Source: Desulfobulbaceae bacterium (GTDB lineage Bacteria; Desulfobacterota; Desulfobulbia; Desulfobulbales; Desulfocapsaceae). Taken from it: DNA of 50,694 bases. The notes under the pieces were generated by a model. That model was given only the letters and a program-made list of their open reading frames with translations. It had not been told where the DNA came from and did not search any database. The translations under genes and the position numbers were made by a program. Positions 42,115 to 50,694 of this stretch are shown here, one piece after another. Position 1 is the stretch's first letter, and each line of letters opens with the position of its first letter. The stretch lies in contig JAABQY010000001.1 of assembly GCA_011391225.1 (NCBI GenBank), forward strand, positions 1 to 50,694, given 5' to 3'.

Positions 42115-43527
42115 GTGGCAAAGATACAACCGATTATTTTGGCGGGCGGTACCGGCTCAAGACTCTGGCCTTTATCCCGGGAATTATACCCAAAACAACT
42201 GCTACGATTGACCAATCATACCTCGCTCTTGCAGACCACCCTCATGCGGGTTGGGCAGTTACCCGGCGTGTTGCCCCCCCTTATTGTGGTTGGCGAAGTG
42301 CACCGTTTCATCACCTTGACCCAGGTTGAGGAACTGGGTAGTTTTCCCAACGCTACTATCCTCCTCGAACCCATGGGGCGTAATACCGCTCCGGCTATCT
42401 GTGCCGCGGCAGAATTCTGCCGTAATCTTGGAGATGATATCATCCTCCTGGTGTTGCCCGCCGACCATGTCGTGCTCAAGCCGGAGAAATTTGTCGAGGC
42501 CGTCGGCCAGGCGGTTGTTCTTGCCGAGGCCGGGGCGGTGGTTACTTTTGGCATCGAACCGACTGGACCGGAAACCGGATACGGCTATATTGAGCAGGGT
42601 GAGGGCTCACAAATTGCCTCTTTCAAAGAAAAACCGAACCAGACGATTGCCAGGCAATACGTTGCCGCCGGCAATTATCTTTGGAACAGCGGCATGTTCG
42701 CGTTTTCCATCCGCATCTTTTTGCGGGAAATGGAAGAATTTGCCCCGGAGATGCTGGCCACTATGCAGGAGGCGGTGCACAAAGGTGTCGGCGATGGGCG
42801 GTTCTTTCGTCTTGATGCCGAGGCCATGGCCGCCTGCCCGAGTGACTCCATCGATTATGTGTTGATGGAAAAGACTAGCAATGGTGCTGTTGTCGCCGCC
42901 GACCTGGACTGGAGCGACATAGGTTCCTGGAAGGCCTTGTGGGACGTTCTTGGTAAGGATGTAGAAGGCAATGTGGTCCAGGGCGATGTAATGCTGACGG
43001 ATACCAAAAACTGCCTGGTAAAATCTGAGAATGTGCTGGTGGCGGTCGTAGGGATGGAGGATACCCTGGTGGTGGAGACCGCCGATGCGATCCTTGTCGC
43101 CCCTTTATCGAGATCTCAGGATGTGAAAAAGGTTGTCGCCCGGCTCAAGGCTTCCGCACGCAAAGAGTTCAGTCTCCATACCACCGTTTTTCGGCCGTGG
43201 GGAAGCTATACGGTGTTGGAGGAACTGCCACGATTTCAAATCAAGCGGATAACGGTAAATCCAGAGGCAAAACTGTCTTTACAGATGCATCACCATCGGC
43301 ACGAACATTGGGTTATCGTTTCCGGGACGGCCAGGGTAACGAACGGCGATGAAGAAGCCTTACTCTATGAAAACCAGTCAACCTACATTCCGGCGGGGAC
43401 CAGGCATCGGCTGGAGAATCCGGGAGTTATCCCGCTTGAGCTGATTGAGGTACAAATCGGCAGCTACCTGGGTGAAGATGATATTGTGCGATTCGAGGAT
43501 GTCTATGGGCGAAAGGAGCAGGGCTGA
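42115..43527 (+). CDS. manC: Mannose-1-phosphate guanylyltransferase / mannose-6-phosphate isomerase
   Basis: LAGGTGSRLWPLSR, PKQ, RNTAPA, WSDIGSW, RPWG and cupin LSLQMHHHRHEHW. Confidence 0.97.
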   Translation: MAKIQPIILAGGTGSRLWPLSRELYPKQLLRLTNHTSLLQTTLMRVGQLPGVLPPLIVVGEVHRFITLTQVEELGSFPNATILLEPMGRNTAPAICAAAEFCRNLGDDIILLVLPADHVVLKPEKFVEAVGQAVVLAEAGAVVTFGIEPTGPETGYGYIEQGEGSQIASFKEKPNQTIARQYVAAGNYLWNSGMFAFSIRIFLREMEEFAPEMLATMQEAVHKGVGDGRFFRLDAEAMAACPSDSIDYVLMEKTSNGAVVAADLDWSDIGSWKALWDVLGKDVEGNVVQGDVMLTDTKNCLVKSENVLVAVVGMEDTLVVETADAILVAPLSRSQDVKKVVARLKASARKEFSLHTTVFRPWGSYTVLEELPRFQIKRITVNPEAKLSLQMHHHRHEHWVIVSGTARVTNGDEEALLYENQSTYIPAGTRHRLENPGVIPLELIEVQIGSYLGEDDIVRFEDVYGRKEQG

Positions 43528-43551
43528 AGGAATGTCAGTACCTGAGGCGCA

Positions 43552-43932
43552 CTATTTTGTGGCATCCGATTCCTGCTTTATCAGTTCCATCTTGCGTTTA
43601 CGAAAAGCCTCGACGTATTTAGCGAAGATCCGTCTGCCGTTTTTGCTAATCTGCAGAAAGGTGACTCCGGAGACAAAGCGTCCATCGCAGGGAGCAGCGT
43701 GGGTTGTCCGGCCCTCAAGGTTAATGAGGTCATCTTCAAGCCCAATTGTGAGCAGCAGGCGGGTGTTGGCCTTCAGAGGGTAAATGGTTTCCAGTTTGAT
43801 GCCGTCGATGCTGACGTCGATGGTTCGGCCCATTGAGTACAAGCCTGCTTTGCCTTCCTCATCCAAGACAAGATAGTCAAGAAGATGTAAGGCATCGTAA
43901 CGGATAAATTTTCTATGTTCTCGTCGTTTCAT
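43552..43932 (-). CDS. Stand-alone PilZ domain protein
   Basis: RKFIR (RxxxR) and DVSIDG (DxSxxG). Start overlaps the mtnA stop. Confidence 0.85.
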   Translation of the reverse strand: MKRREHRKFIRYDALHLLDYLVLDEEGKAGLYSMGRTIDVSIDGIKLETIYPLKANTRLLLTIGLEDDLINLEGRTTHAAPCDGRFVSGVTFLQISKNGRRIFAKYVEAFRKRKMELIKQESDATK

Positions 43933-45065
43933 AATTTGTCCTGAAGCCTTGTTCTCCCGAGATGACCTGCCTCCGGAAAGAGCTGGTGGATGGAGCTTCT
44001 TTCCGGTTTGACTATACCTCTTTCGGTAATGAGCCCGGTGATCAGCCTTGCCGGGGTAACATCAAAACTGTAGTTTGCCGCTCTCGTTTCCTTCCCCGCC
44101 AAAAGTACCGTCCTCAACTCACCTTGTGTGTCTTTGCCTGTGAGAGTGATGATTTCTTCTTCTGATCTTTGTTCTATCGGAATTTCCATGCCATTGTCAA
44201 GTTTCCAATCAAAAGTAGATGAGGGAAGTGCGACAAAAAACGGCACATTGTTGTCTTTGGCGGCGAGAGCCTTGAGGTAGGTACCTATTTTATTGACGAC
44301 ATCACCTGTATGGGTGACTCGGTCGGCCCCGACTATCACCAAATCGACCTGACCGAGCTGCATGAGGTGCCCACCGGTGTTATCGCAAATCAGGGTATTG
44401 GCGACGCCCTCCTGGTAGAGCTCCCAGGCGGTGAGTCTCGAACCTTGGTTCCATGGCCTGGTCTCATCTACCCAGACATGCACGGGTAGTCCTGATTCGC
44501 GCGCCGCATAGATCGGGGCTGTGGCGCTGCCATGGTCGACGAATGCCAGCCAACCGGCGTTACAGTGGGTGAGAATATTGACCGGGGCGCCGTTTTTTTT
44601 GCGGCTGATTTCTTCTAATATCTTCAGGCCGTGTTCGCCGATGCGTCGACAGAATTCTGCGTCTTCGTCGGCGATGGTGCAGGCGGTAGAATAGGCCATT
44701 GCCCTTTTTTCTGCGGGATCCGGGGATTGTGCCATCGCCTGCAGGATGCGCTCAACGGCCCACATAAGGTTGCGCGCAGTCGGTCTGCTGGCATCAAAAC
44801 TTTTGGCGGCGATGGCCATGAAAGCATCAAAGGATGCATCCGGCGCCTGCAAGGCCGCAAGATACATACCGAAGCCGGCGGCTGCACCGATAAGGCCGGC
44901 ACCACGGACATGCATGTCGCGGATTGCTGTGACCATCTGCTCGGCGGTACCTACCTTCTCAACAATAAAGTCATGCGGGAGTTTTCTCTGGTCAATGATA
45001 CAGATCTGTCGCTTGTCTTGCGGATCCGGCCAGATGGTTCGGTAATGTGTGCCGTTGTAGTTCAT
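43929..45065 (-). CDS. mtnA: S-methyl-5-thioribose-1-phosphate isomerase
   Basis: IDQRKLP, MHVRGAGLIG, RPTARNL, LTHCNAGWLA, DETRP, GADR, NKIGTY, FDVTP. Confidence 0.97.
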   Translation of the reverse strand: MNYNGTHYRTIWPDPQDKRQICIIDQRKLPHDFIVEKVGTAEQMVTAIRDMHVRGAGLIGAAAGFGMYLAALQAPDASFDAFMAIAAKSFDASRPTARNLMWAVERILQAMAQSPDPAEKRAMAYSTACTIADEDAEFCRRIGEHGLKILEEISRKKNGAPVNILTHCNAGWLAFVDHGSATAPIYAARESGLPVHVWVDETRPWNQGSRLTAWELYQEGVANTLICDNTGGHLMQLGQVDLVIVGADRVTHTGDVVNKIGTYLKALAAKDNNVPFFVALPSSTFDWKLDNGMEIPIEQRSEEEIITLTGKDTQGELRTVLLAGKETRAANYSFDVTPARLITGLITERGIVKPERSSIHQLFPEAGHLGRTRLQDKL

Positions 45066-45213
45066 AGGTTAGGTGATGTGCAGCTGAGAGTCGCGGTTGG
45101 CAATCCTGAATGTCCCTGTAGATTTAAACATACCCCTTTCCCGAAGAATTGTAAACAGTTGCAAGCCTTGAAAATTACCCCTGCTAGGGAGACAGGCAAG
45201 AGATTGCTGCATG

Positions 45214-45257
45214 CAACAAAAATGTAAGAAAAATATTAAGATACGACATAAATGTAA
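45214..45257. promoter_or_regulatory. Two tandem putative activator sites upstream of amtB
   Basis: CAACAAAAATGTAA (45214-27) and CGACATAAATGTAA (45244-57), 30 bp apart. Confidence 0.55.
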
Positions 45258-45333
45258 TGTAAAAACATATCGGTGGGTCGGTGTCGGAAATAAATACCAC
45301 CGTTAATTGAGTTGTTATGAGAGAAATGGGGTT

Positions 45334-45350
45334 TTGGCACGGCGGTTGAT
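45334..45350 (+). promoter_or_regulatory. Sigma54-like promoter of amtB (non-canonical -12)
   Basis: TTGGCACGGCGGTTGAT: perfect -24 element, but the -12 is TTGA rather than TTGC. Confidence 0.6.
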
Positions 45351-45476
45351 AGAGAGAGGGCGTCTGAGTGATATTTGGTGACAGGTTATTACAATATTGT
45401 TGTTATGGGCAATTTTGTTCCGTTTTAAATATTGGTTGGTTGGTCGACATCAGCGACGTGTAAAGGGGAGAAAAAG

Positions 45477-46697
45477 ATGAATAAGGCAGATACTGCATTT
45501 GTCCTGGCTTCGGCCGGTTTGGTGCTGTTGATGACTCCGGGTTTGGCGCTTTTTTATGGTGGCATGGTCAGGAAAAAGAACGTCCTCGGCACAATACTGC
45601 AGAGCCTGATTCTCATCTCTGTTGTTTCGATAGAATGGGTGTATGTTGGCTATTCCATGTCCTTTGGTCCCGATGTCGGTGGTGTTATCGGTAATCTGTC
45701 GTGGTTTGCCCTAAATGGGGTGAGCAATACCCCAAGCCCGGATTATGCCAAGACCATTCCGCAAACGGTCTTTATGATTTATCAGTGTATGTTTGCGATC
45801 ATTACCCCAGCCCTCATCACCGGGGCTTTTGCCGAGCGTGTTCGCTTTGTGCCTTTTCTTGTATTTTCATTATGTTGGGCAATTTTCGTCTATAATCCTG
45901 TGTGCCACTGGGTATGGGGTAAAGGTGGGTGGCTGGGAAACATTGGGGTGCTTGATTTTGCCGGCGGCTTAGTGGTCCATGCAACCTGTGGTGCCGCAGC
46001 CTTGGCCGGGATCTTGGTTCTTGGCCCACGCAAGGGCTATGGCAGGACCAGTTTTATGCCGCATAATCTGCCGATGACCATGCTCGGTACTGGTCTGCTA
46101 TGGTTTGGCTGGTTTGGTTTTAATGGCGGTTCAGCTTTGGCCGCCGATGAAATTGCCGCCACCGCATTTGTCGCAACCCACCTCGGCGGAATGGCGGGGA
46201 TGCTGCTGTGGGTGGTAATGGAATGGCTTTTTCAAAAAAAGGTGACGACTCTTGGAGCGGCTTCCGGGGCGATTGCCGGTCTTGCAACCATCACTCCGAC
46301 AGCAGGTTTTGTCGGGCCAAATTCGGCGATAGTTATCGGTTGCCTGGCGGGTGTGGTCTGCTTTCTTGCCGTCAATGCCAAGGCGAGATTCGGCCTTGAT
46401 GACTCCTTGGATGTAGTCGGCATTCATGGTGTTGGTGGCATTGTCGGCACCCTCTGCTTGGGGCTCTTTGCCTCGACTTCCGTCAATCCCGGTGGAGTAA
46501 ACGGACTGTTTTTCGGGAATTCGGCGCAATTTTTTATCCAGTTGATCGGCGTTGTAGCCGTAGCGGGGTATGCATTTTTGGTGAGTTGGATTCTCTTTAA
46601 AGTCATTCACAGCCTTTTGGGAATGCGCCTGGCCGACGATGCTGAGGTTGAGGGCTTGGATTCGGCGGAGCATTCGGAAACCGCATATAATAATTAG
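45477..46697 (+). CDS. amtB: Ammonium transporter
   Basis: LMTPGLALFYGG, QCMFA, DFAGGLVVH, WFGWFGFNGGS, DDSLDVVGIHG (twin His). ATG 45477 follows GGGGAG. Confidence 0.98.
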   Translation: MNKADTAFVLASAGLVLLMTPGLALFYGGMVRKKNVLGTILQSLILISVVSIEWVYVGYSMSFGPDVGGVIGNLSWFALNGVSNTPSPDYAKTIPQTVFMIYQCMFAIITPALITGAFAERVRFVPFLVFSLCWAIFVYNPVCHWVWGKGGWLGNIGVLDFAGGLVVHATCGAAALAGILVLGPRKGYGRTSFMPHNLPMTMLGTGLLWFGWFGFNGGSALAADEIAATAFVATHLGGMAGMLLWVVMEWLFQKKVTTLGAASGAIAGLATITPTAGFVGPNSAIVIGCLAGVVCFLAVNAKARFGLDDSLDVVGIHGVGGIVGTLCLGLFASTSVNPGGVNGLFFGNSAQFFIQLIGVVAVAGYAFLVSWILFKVIHSLLGMRLADDAEVEGLDSAEHSETAYNN

Positions 46698-46871
46698 GAG
46701 CCGTTGCGGAATGTGGGCCATTTTAACATATTTCGTGAAGGTACTTAACCCGTTCTTCGGGTTTAGATTTACTAGGAAAAAATTATTCATAACGATTCCG
46801 AAGTGGCGCTTGCCGGTAGGTTGAACTTGATATAAGGTGGTATCCTGTAGACATATTGAATGGCCAAATGA

Positions 46872-47315
<444 letters not shown>

Positions 47316-47318
47316 TCT

Positions 47319-49895
47319 ATGATTGCCGCATTTCGTGCACAGCGAAAAGTCCTTGAAGGTATTTGGGCCAAGGCGAATAGCGGTAAAGAAGAATTGCAGA
47401 GGCATAGCTTGGCGGCCGATGAGCATATCATCAACTGTTTTCAACAGTCGGATGTCAACGATTGTCGGCAGGATGTGGCTCTTGTGGCGTTGGGCGGCTA
47501 TGGTCGGCGCGAGCTGTTCCCCTTTTCCGACATCGATTTGATGATTCTTTATCGTCCGGGAATTAAAGAGCGGATCGAGCGTATAGCCGACGCCGTTCTT
47601 TACCCGCTCTGGGATACCGGTCTTGAGGTTGGGCACGGCGTACGGACCATTGAAGAGTCGCTTGCTCAGGCTGAAAAGGACTATTTTTTTCTGGTTGCCC
47701 TGCTCGATGCCCGTTTGATTCACGGGTCGATTGAACTCTACGACGAACTTCTCGAGGCTTACCGCCGGCGGTTTGTCGAGGGGCGTCGCGAGGATTTTGT
47801 CGAAAAGATGAAAGGTCATCGTCAGAGCCGTCGGGAACGTTACGGCAGCCACAGTTACCTTCTTGAGCCCCATATCAAGGAAGGACGCGGTGGCATGCGC
47901 GATATTCAGGCTATGATGTGGACTGCCGGGATGGTGTTCGGGTTACAGGGACTGGAAGGCATCGAGACAGCGGGATTGCTGGTTGCGGATGAGAAGAAGG
48001 ACTTTCTCGTTGCCAGAGACACCTTGGTCAGGTTACGGACTTTTATGCATTTTTTCAGCAAACGAAAAAATGACCAACTGTATTTCGAGCAACAGGGCGA
48101 TATAGCCGCAGCCTTCGGATATAAGACTCAGGACAATATCCTCGGTGTAGAACATTTCATGCGCGATATCTATGGCGCACTGCAAAAGATCAGCGTCATT
48201 ACCGATCTGTTCTTTGACCATGTCGATGAAGTTCTGGGGCTGGCTGGCAGGGGCGGATTAGTTGCCGACAAGGTTGTCGAGGTGGGGATTGAGGTGAAAT
48301 TGGAGCGGGTGCATTTAACCGCGTCGAGGTCCCAGCTTCTCGCCAAGCCGCAGACACTTATCCGCGTGTTTCTTGCCATGGCCAGGACGGGTTTACCCCT
48401 GCACCACAGGACCCGCAAGATTATTGCCGGATCAGTGGATCTTCTTACCGAGAAGGTACGCACCTCGCCCCGCTTTGCAAAGACCTTTTTTGCCATTCTT
48501 CTTGAGGCCAAGGATATTTCGGCGGTTCTTGAGATCATGCTTGAGAGCGGCGTGCTGACCGCATGCATTCCTGAATTTAGTAAGATTGCCACTCTGGCAC
48601 AGCACGATTTGTACCATATTTACACGGTCGATCGGCACTCCCTGCAGGCTGTGGTGGAGGTGCAAAAGCTGGTTACGACTTGGACTGCTGTGGCGCAAAA
48701 TGTCCGGAGTATGCGGGTACTCTATCTTGCCGCGCTGCTGCATGATATCGGAAAGGGTTCTGGACGAGATCATTCCCTCGAAGGCGCTGGCCTAGTCGAT
48801 CGGATTGGTGTACGGTTTCTACTTTCGGGTCAGGAGTTGGAGGCGCTGGTGTTTCTTGTTCGTTATCACCTTTTCATGCCGGAGAACGCCCTGCGACGTG
48901 ATCTCAACGATGGTGTCTTTATTAAAAGATGTGCTGGAACCATTGGTGATCTTGATCGGCTCAGCATGCTCTACCTGCTTTCTGTCGCCGATTCAAAGGC
49001 GACTGGGCCGTCGGCTTGGAGTGATTGGAAGGGGAGTCTCCTTGAGGAGATGTACCAGAAGGTTTATCCGTATCTTGATATGGGGCAGCACGGGGTGCAT
49101 GATGTGATGGCCCATGAAGAGCAGGGAGTAGAATGGTTGCGTGAACAGGTGCGCGTGCTGCTAAGTGGGGAGCTCGACCTTCGCGTTGATATCGGCACTC
49201 TTGCTGCCGACTATATACTTTCTTTCTCGCCGGAGGATGTTGTCAGGCACGTATTGACTCAGCGCGACAACTATCAGCTTTTGCGCCAGAGGGCTTTGGT
49301 CGTCGCTGAAGAGGCTGAAGATGTCTGGCAGTTACTCATCATGACTGTCGATCGCCCCGGTCTGCTTGCCAAAATCTGTGGGGTGATGGCCTTGAACAGC
49401 CTCACCGTGGTAAGGGCACAGATTTTTACTTGGGCTGATGGCACGGTTGTCGATGTCATAGATGTCCGTTCAACGGATGGTCTCAGTTTTGTCGAAAAAG
49501 ATTGGGGGTCGCTCAACGAGCAGCTTGATTTGGCTATTGAGCACCGCATGGGACTCAGTCACCGGCTATACCGGAAGCTGTCCTCTAGTTATCGTCGGCG
49601 GGCACAGGCGGTTGGCGAGATTGCTTCCAAGGTAGTTATTGATAATAAAAGTTCGGAAAACTATTCGGTCATCGAGGTATATGCGGCAGATCTGCCGGGG
49701 CAACTTTACCACATTACCCAGGCAATGGCCGATTTTGGCTTGAATATCCATAAGGCTTACATTGCCACCGAGGTCGAGCAGCTTATTGACGTTTTCTATG
49801 TGCTCGATTCTCAAGATAAAAAACTGATCGACGAGGATTTCAGGCAGGAAGTAACGCAGGGCATACTGCATTCTATCAACCGAGCCGGTAAGTAA
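47319..49895 (+). CDS. glnD: [Protein-PII] uridylyltransferase / uridylyl-removing enzyme
   Basis: GGYGR..SDIDL, EPHIKEGRGGMRD, HD domain (HIYTVDRH, LLHDIGKG) and two ACT domains (DRPGLL, DLPGQL). Confidence 0.97.
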   Translation: MIAAFRAQRKVLEGIWAKANSGKEELQRHSLAADEHIINCFQQSDVNDCRQDVALVALGGYGRRELFPFSDIDLMILYRPGIKERIERIADAVLYPLWDTGLEVGHGVRTIEESLAQAEKDYFFLVALLDARLIHGSIELYDELLEAYRRRFVEGRREDFVEKMKGHRQSRRERYGSHSYLLEPHIKEGRGGMRDIQAMMWTAGMVFGLQGLEGIETAGLLVADEKKDFLVARDTLVRLRTFMHFFSKRKNDQLYFEQQGDIAAAFGYKTQDNILGVEHFMRDIYGALQKISVITDLFFDHVDEVLGLAGRGGLVADKVVEVGIEVKLERVHLTASRSQLLAKPQTLIRVFLAMARTGLPLHHRTRKIIAGSVDLLTEKVRTSPRFAKTFFAILLEAKDISAVLEIMLESGVLTACIPEFSKIATLAQHDLYHIYTVDRHSLQAVVEVQKLVTTWTAVAQNVRSMRVLYLAALLHDIGKGSGRDHSLEGAGLVDRIGVRFLLSGQELEALVFLVRYHLFMPENALRRDLNDGVFIKRCAGTIGDLDRLSMLYLLSVADSKATGPSAWSDWKGSLLEEMYQKVYPYLDMGQHGVHDVMAHEEQGVEWLREQVRVLLSGELDLRVDIGTLAADYILSFSPEDVVRHVLTQRDNYQLLRQRALVVAEEAEDVWQLLIMTVDRPGLLAKICGVMALNSLTVVRAQIFTWADGTVVDVIDVRSTDGLSFVEKDWGSLNEQLDLAIEHRMGLSHRLYRKLSSSYRRRAQAVGEIASKVVIDNKSSENYSVIEVYAADLPGQLYHITQAMADFGLNIHKAYIATEVEQLIDVFYVLDSQDKKLIDEDFRQEVTQGILHSINRAGK

Positions 49896-49957
49896 TCGAA
49901 GCGGTGGATAGCGTGAGGATTGAGCCATGTGCAAGGAGCATGTTTTGTTAAAAACCA

Positions 49958-50017
49958 TGACAAACATGTAATAAAAACTCATTTTCTAGTTGCAAAAAAC
50001 ATCAGAAATGTTATAGA
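49958..50017 (+). promoter_or_regulatory. glnA promoter region: putative operator plus sigma70-like promoter
   Basis: TGACAAACATGTAA (49958-71), then TTGCAA (49990-95) and TG-n-TATAGA (50009-17). Confidence 0.5.
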
Positions 50018-50093
50018 AAAAGTAATTCATTTTTGTACGCACAGATAGGCAAAAGGGAAAAATACTATTGAATTCACAAAGGAGAACGTAGAA

Positions 50094-50694
50094 ATGACCA
50101 GAGAAGAAATTATGCAAATTATTGAGGACGAAAATATTCAATTCTTTCGCCTCCAGTTTGTGGATATCTTCGGATTTATGAAGAATGTTGCGATTCCGAA
50201 AAGCCAGATAGAAAAAGCGCTGGACGGAGATATGATGTTTGATGGTTCTTCTATTGATGGCTTTGTGCGCATCAATGAATCCGACATGTATCTCAAGCCC
50301 GACTACAACACCTTTACTATTTTGCCCTGGCGCAATAAGTCCGGGATTGCAGCGGCGCGTATTATTTGTGATGTCTACAAATCAGATGGAACCCCGTTTG
50401 CCGGTTGTCCGCGTGTCAATCTTAAGCGGGTTCTGGCCGAGGCCAAGAAACTCGGCTACACCATGAACGTCGGTACCGAGGCGGAGTTCTTCCTTTTTGA
50501 GAAAGACGAAGACGGGCTGCCCACTACGGTAACCAGCGATGTCGCCGGATATTTCTCTCTTGACCCAGAGGATAAAGGTGGTGACTGTCGTCGTGAGATC
50601 ATCGAAACCCTTGAGAAAATGGGCTTTGAGATCGAGGCCTCGCATCACGAGGTTGCCGAAGGTCAGCACGAAATCAACTTCAAATATGCCGACG
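50094..50694 (+). CDS. glnA: Glutamine synthetase type I (GSI-alpha-like); 3'-truncated by the window edge, absent from the ORF track
   Basis: Hand translation: [27 protein letters not shown]...[23 protein letters not shown]...GTEAEFFLF...[29 protein letters not shown]. Confidence 0.97.
   Translation, partial: MTREEIMQIIEDENIQFFRLQFVDIFGFMKNVAIPKSQIEKALDGDMMFDGSSIDGFVRINESDMYLKPDYNTFTILPWRNKSGIAAARIICDVYKSDGTPFAGCPRVNLKRVLAEAKKLGYTMNVGTEAEFFLFEKDEDGLPTTVTSDVAGYFSLDPEDKGGDCRREIIETLEKMGFEIEASHHEVAEGQHEINFKYAD

Noticed and set aside
29800-45100. Right half appears more GC-rich than the atp/mutS region; possible island
   Set aside because: Visual impression only. The genes are housekeeping types and no integrase, tRNA site or boundary repeats were seen.

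Overview
This is a gene-dense, mostly housekeeping bacterial chromosome segment. Gene content and order suggest Desulfobacterota (Desulfobulbales-like); that placement is an inference. In order the window holds: the C-terminus of a PPDK-like protein; a small SAP-like Cys protein; a YgaP/YgaV(BigR)-like pair; an isochorismatase-family hydrolase; alaS; a split ATP synthase operon (b', b, delta, alpha, gamma, beta, epsilon); a TPR/AMIN amidase; mutS; a HIT protein; a YfcE-like phosphoesterase; efp-epmA; a YgiQ-family radical SAM protein; lgt; mnmG; a SAM methyltransferase; rpmH-rnpA-yidD-yidC-jag-mnmE; pspF/pspABC; aroE; moeA; mutM; a PPTase; cvpA; UPF0280; two PilZ proteins; rfbAD; manBC; mtnA; and a nitrogen cluster amtB-glnB-glnD-glnA. 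Two real genes are missing from the ORF track: rpmH and the partial glnA. I saw no rRNA, tRNA, CRISPR array, transposase or prophage, and no clear-cut new multi-gene system. The best leads are: (1) a 14-bp YRACAWAHWTGTAA motif found three times at amtB and once at glnA; (2) a Firmicutes/archaeal-type GSI-alpha wired to a GlnD/PII cassette; (3) a structured ~130-nt leader or sRNA upstream of the methyltransferase; (4) a PPDK-like protein that ends at its phospho-His domain; (5) a phosphoesterase with an apparently degenerate metal site.
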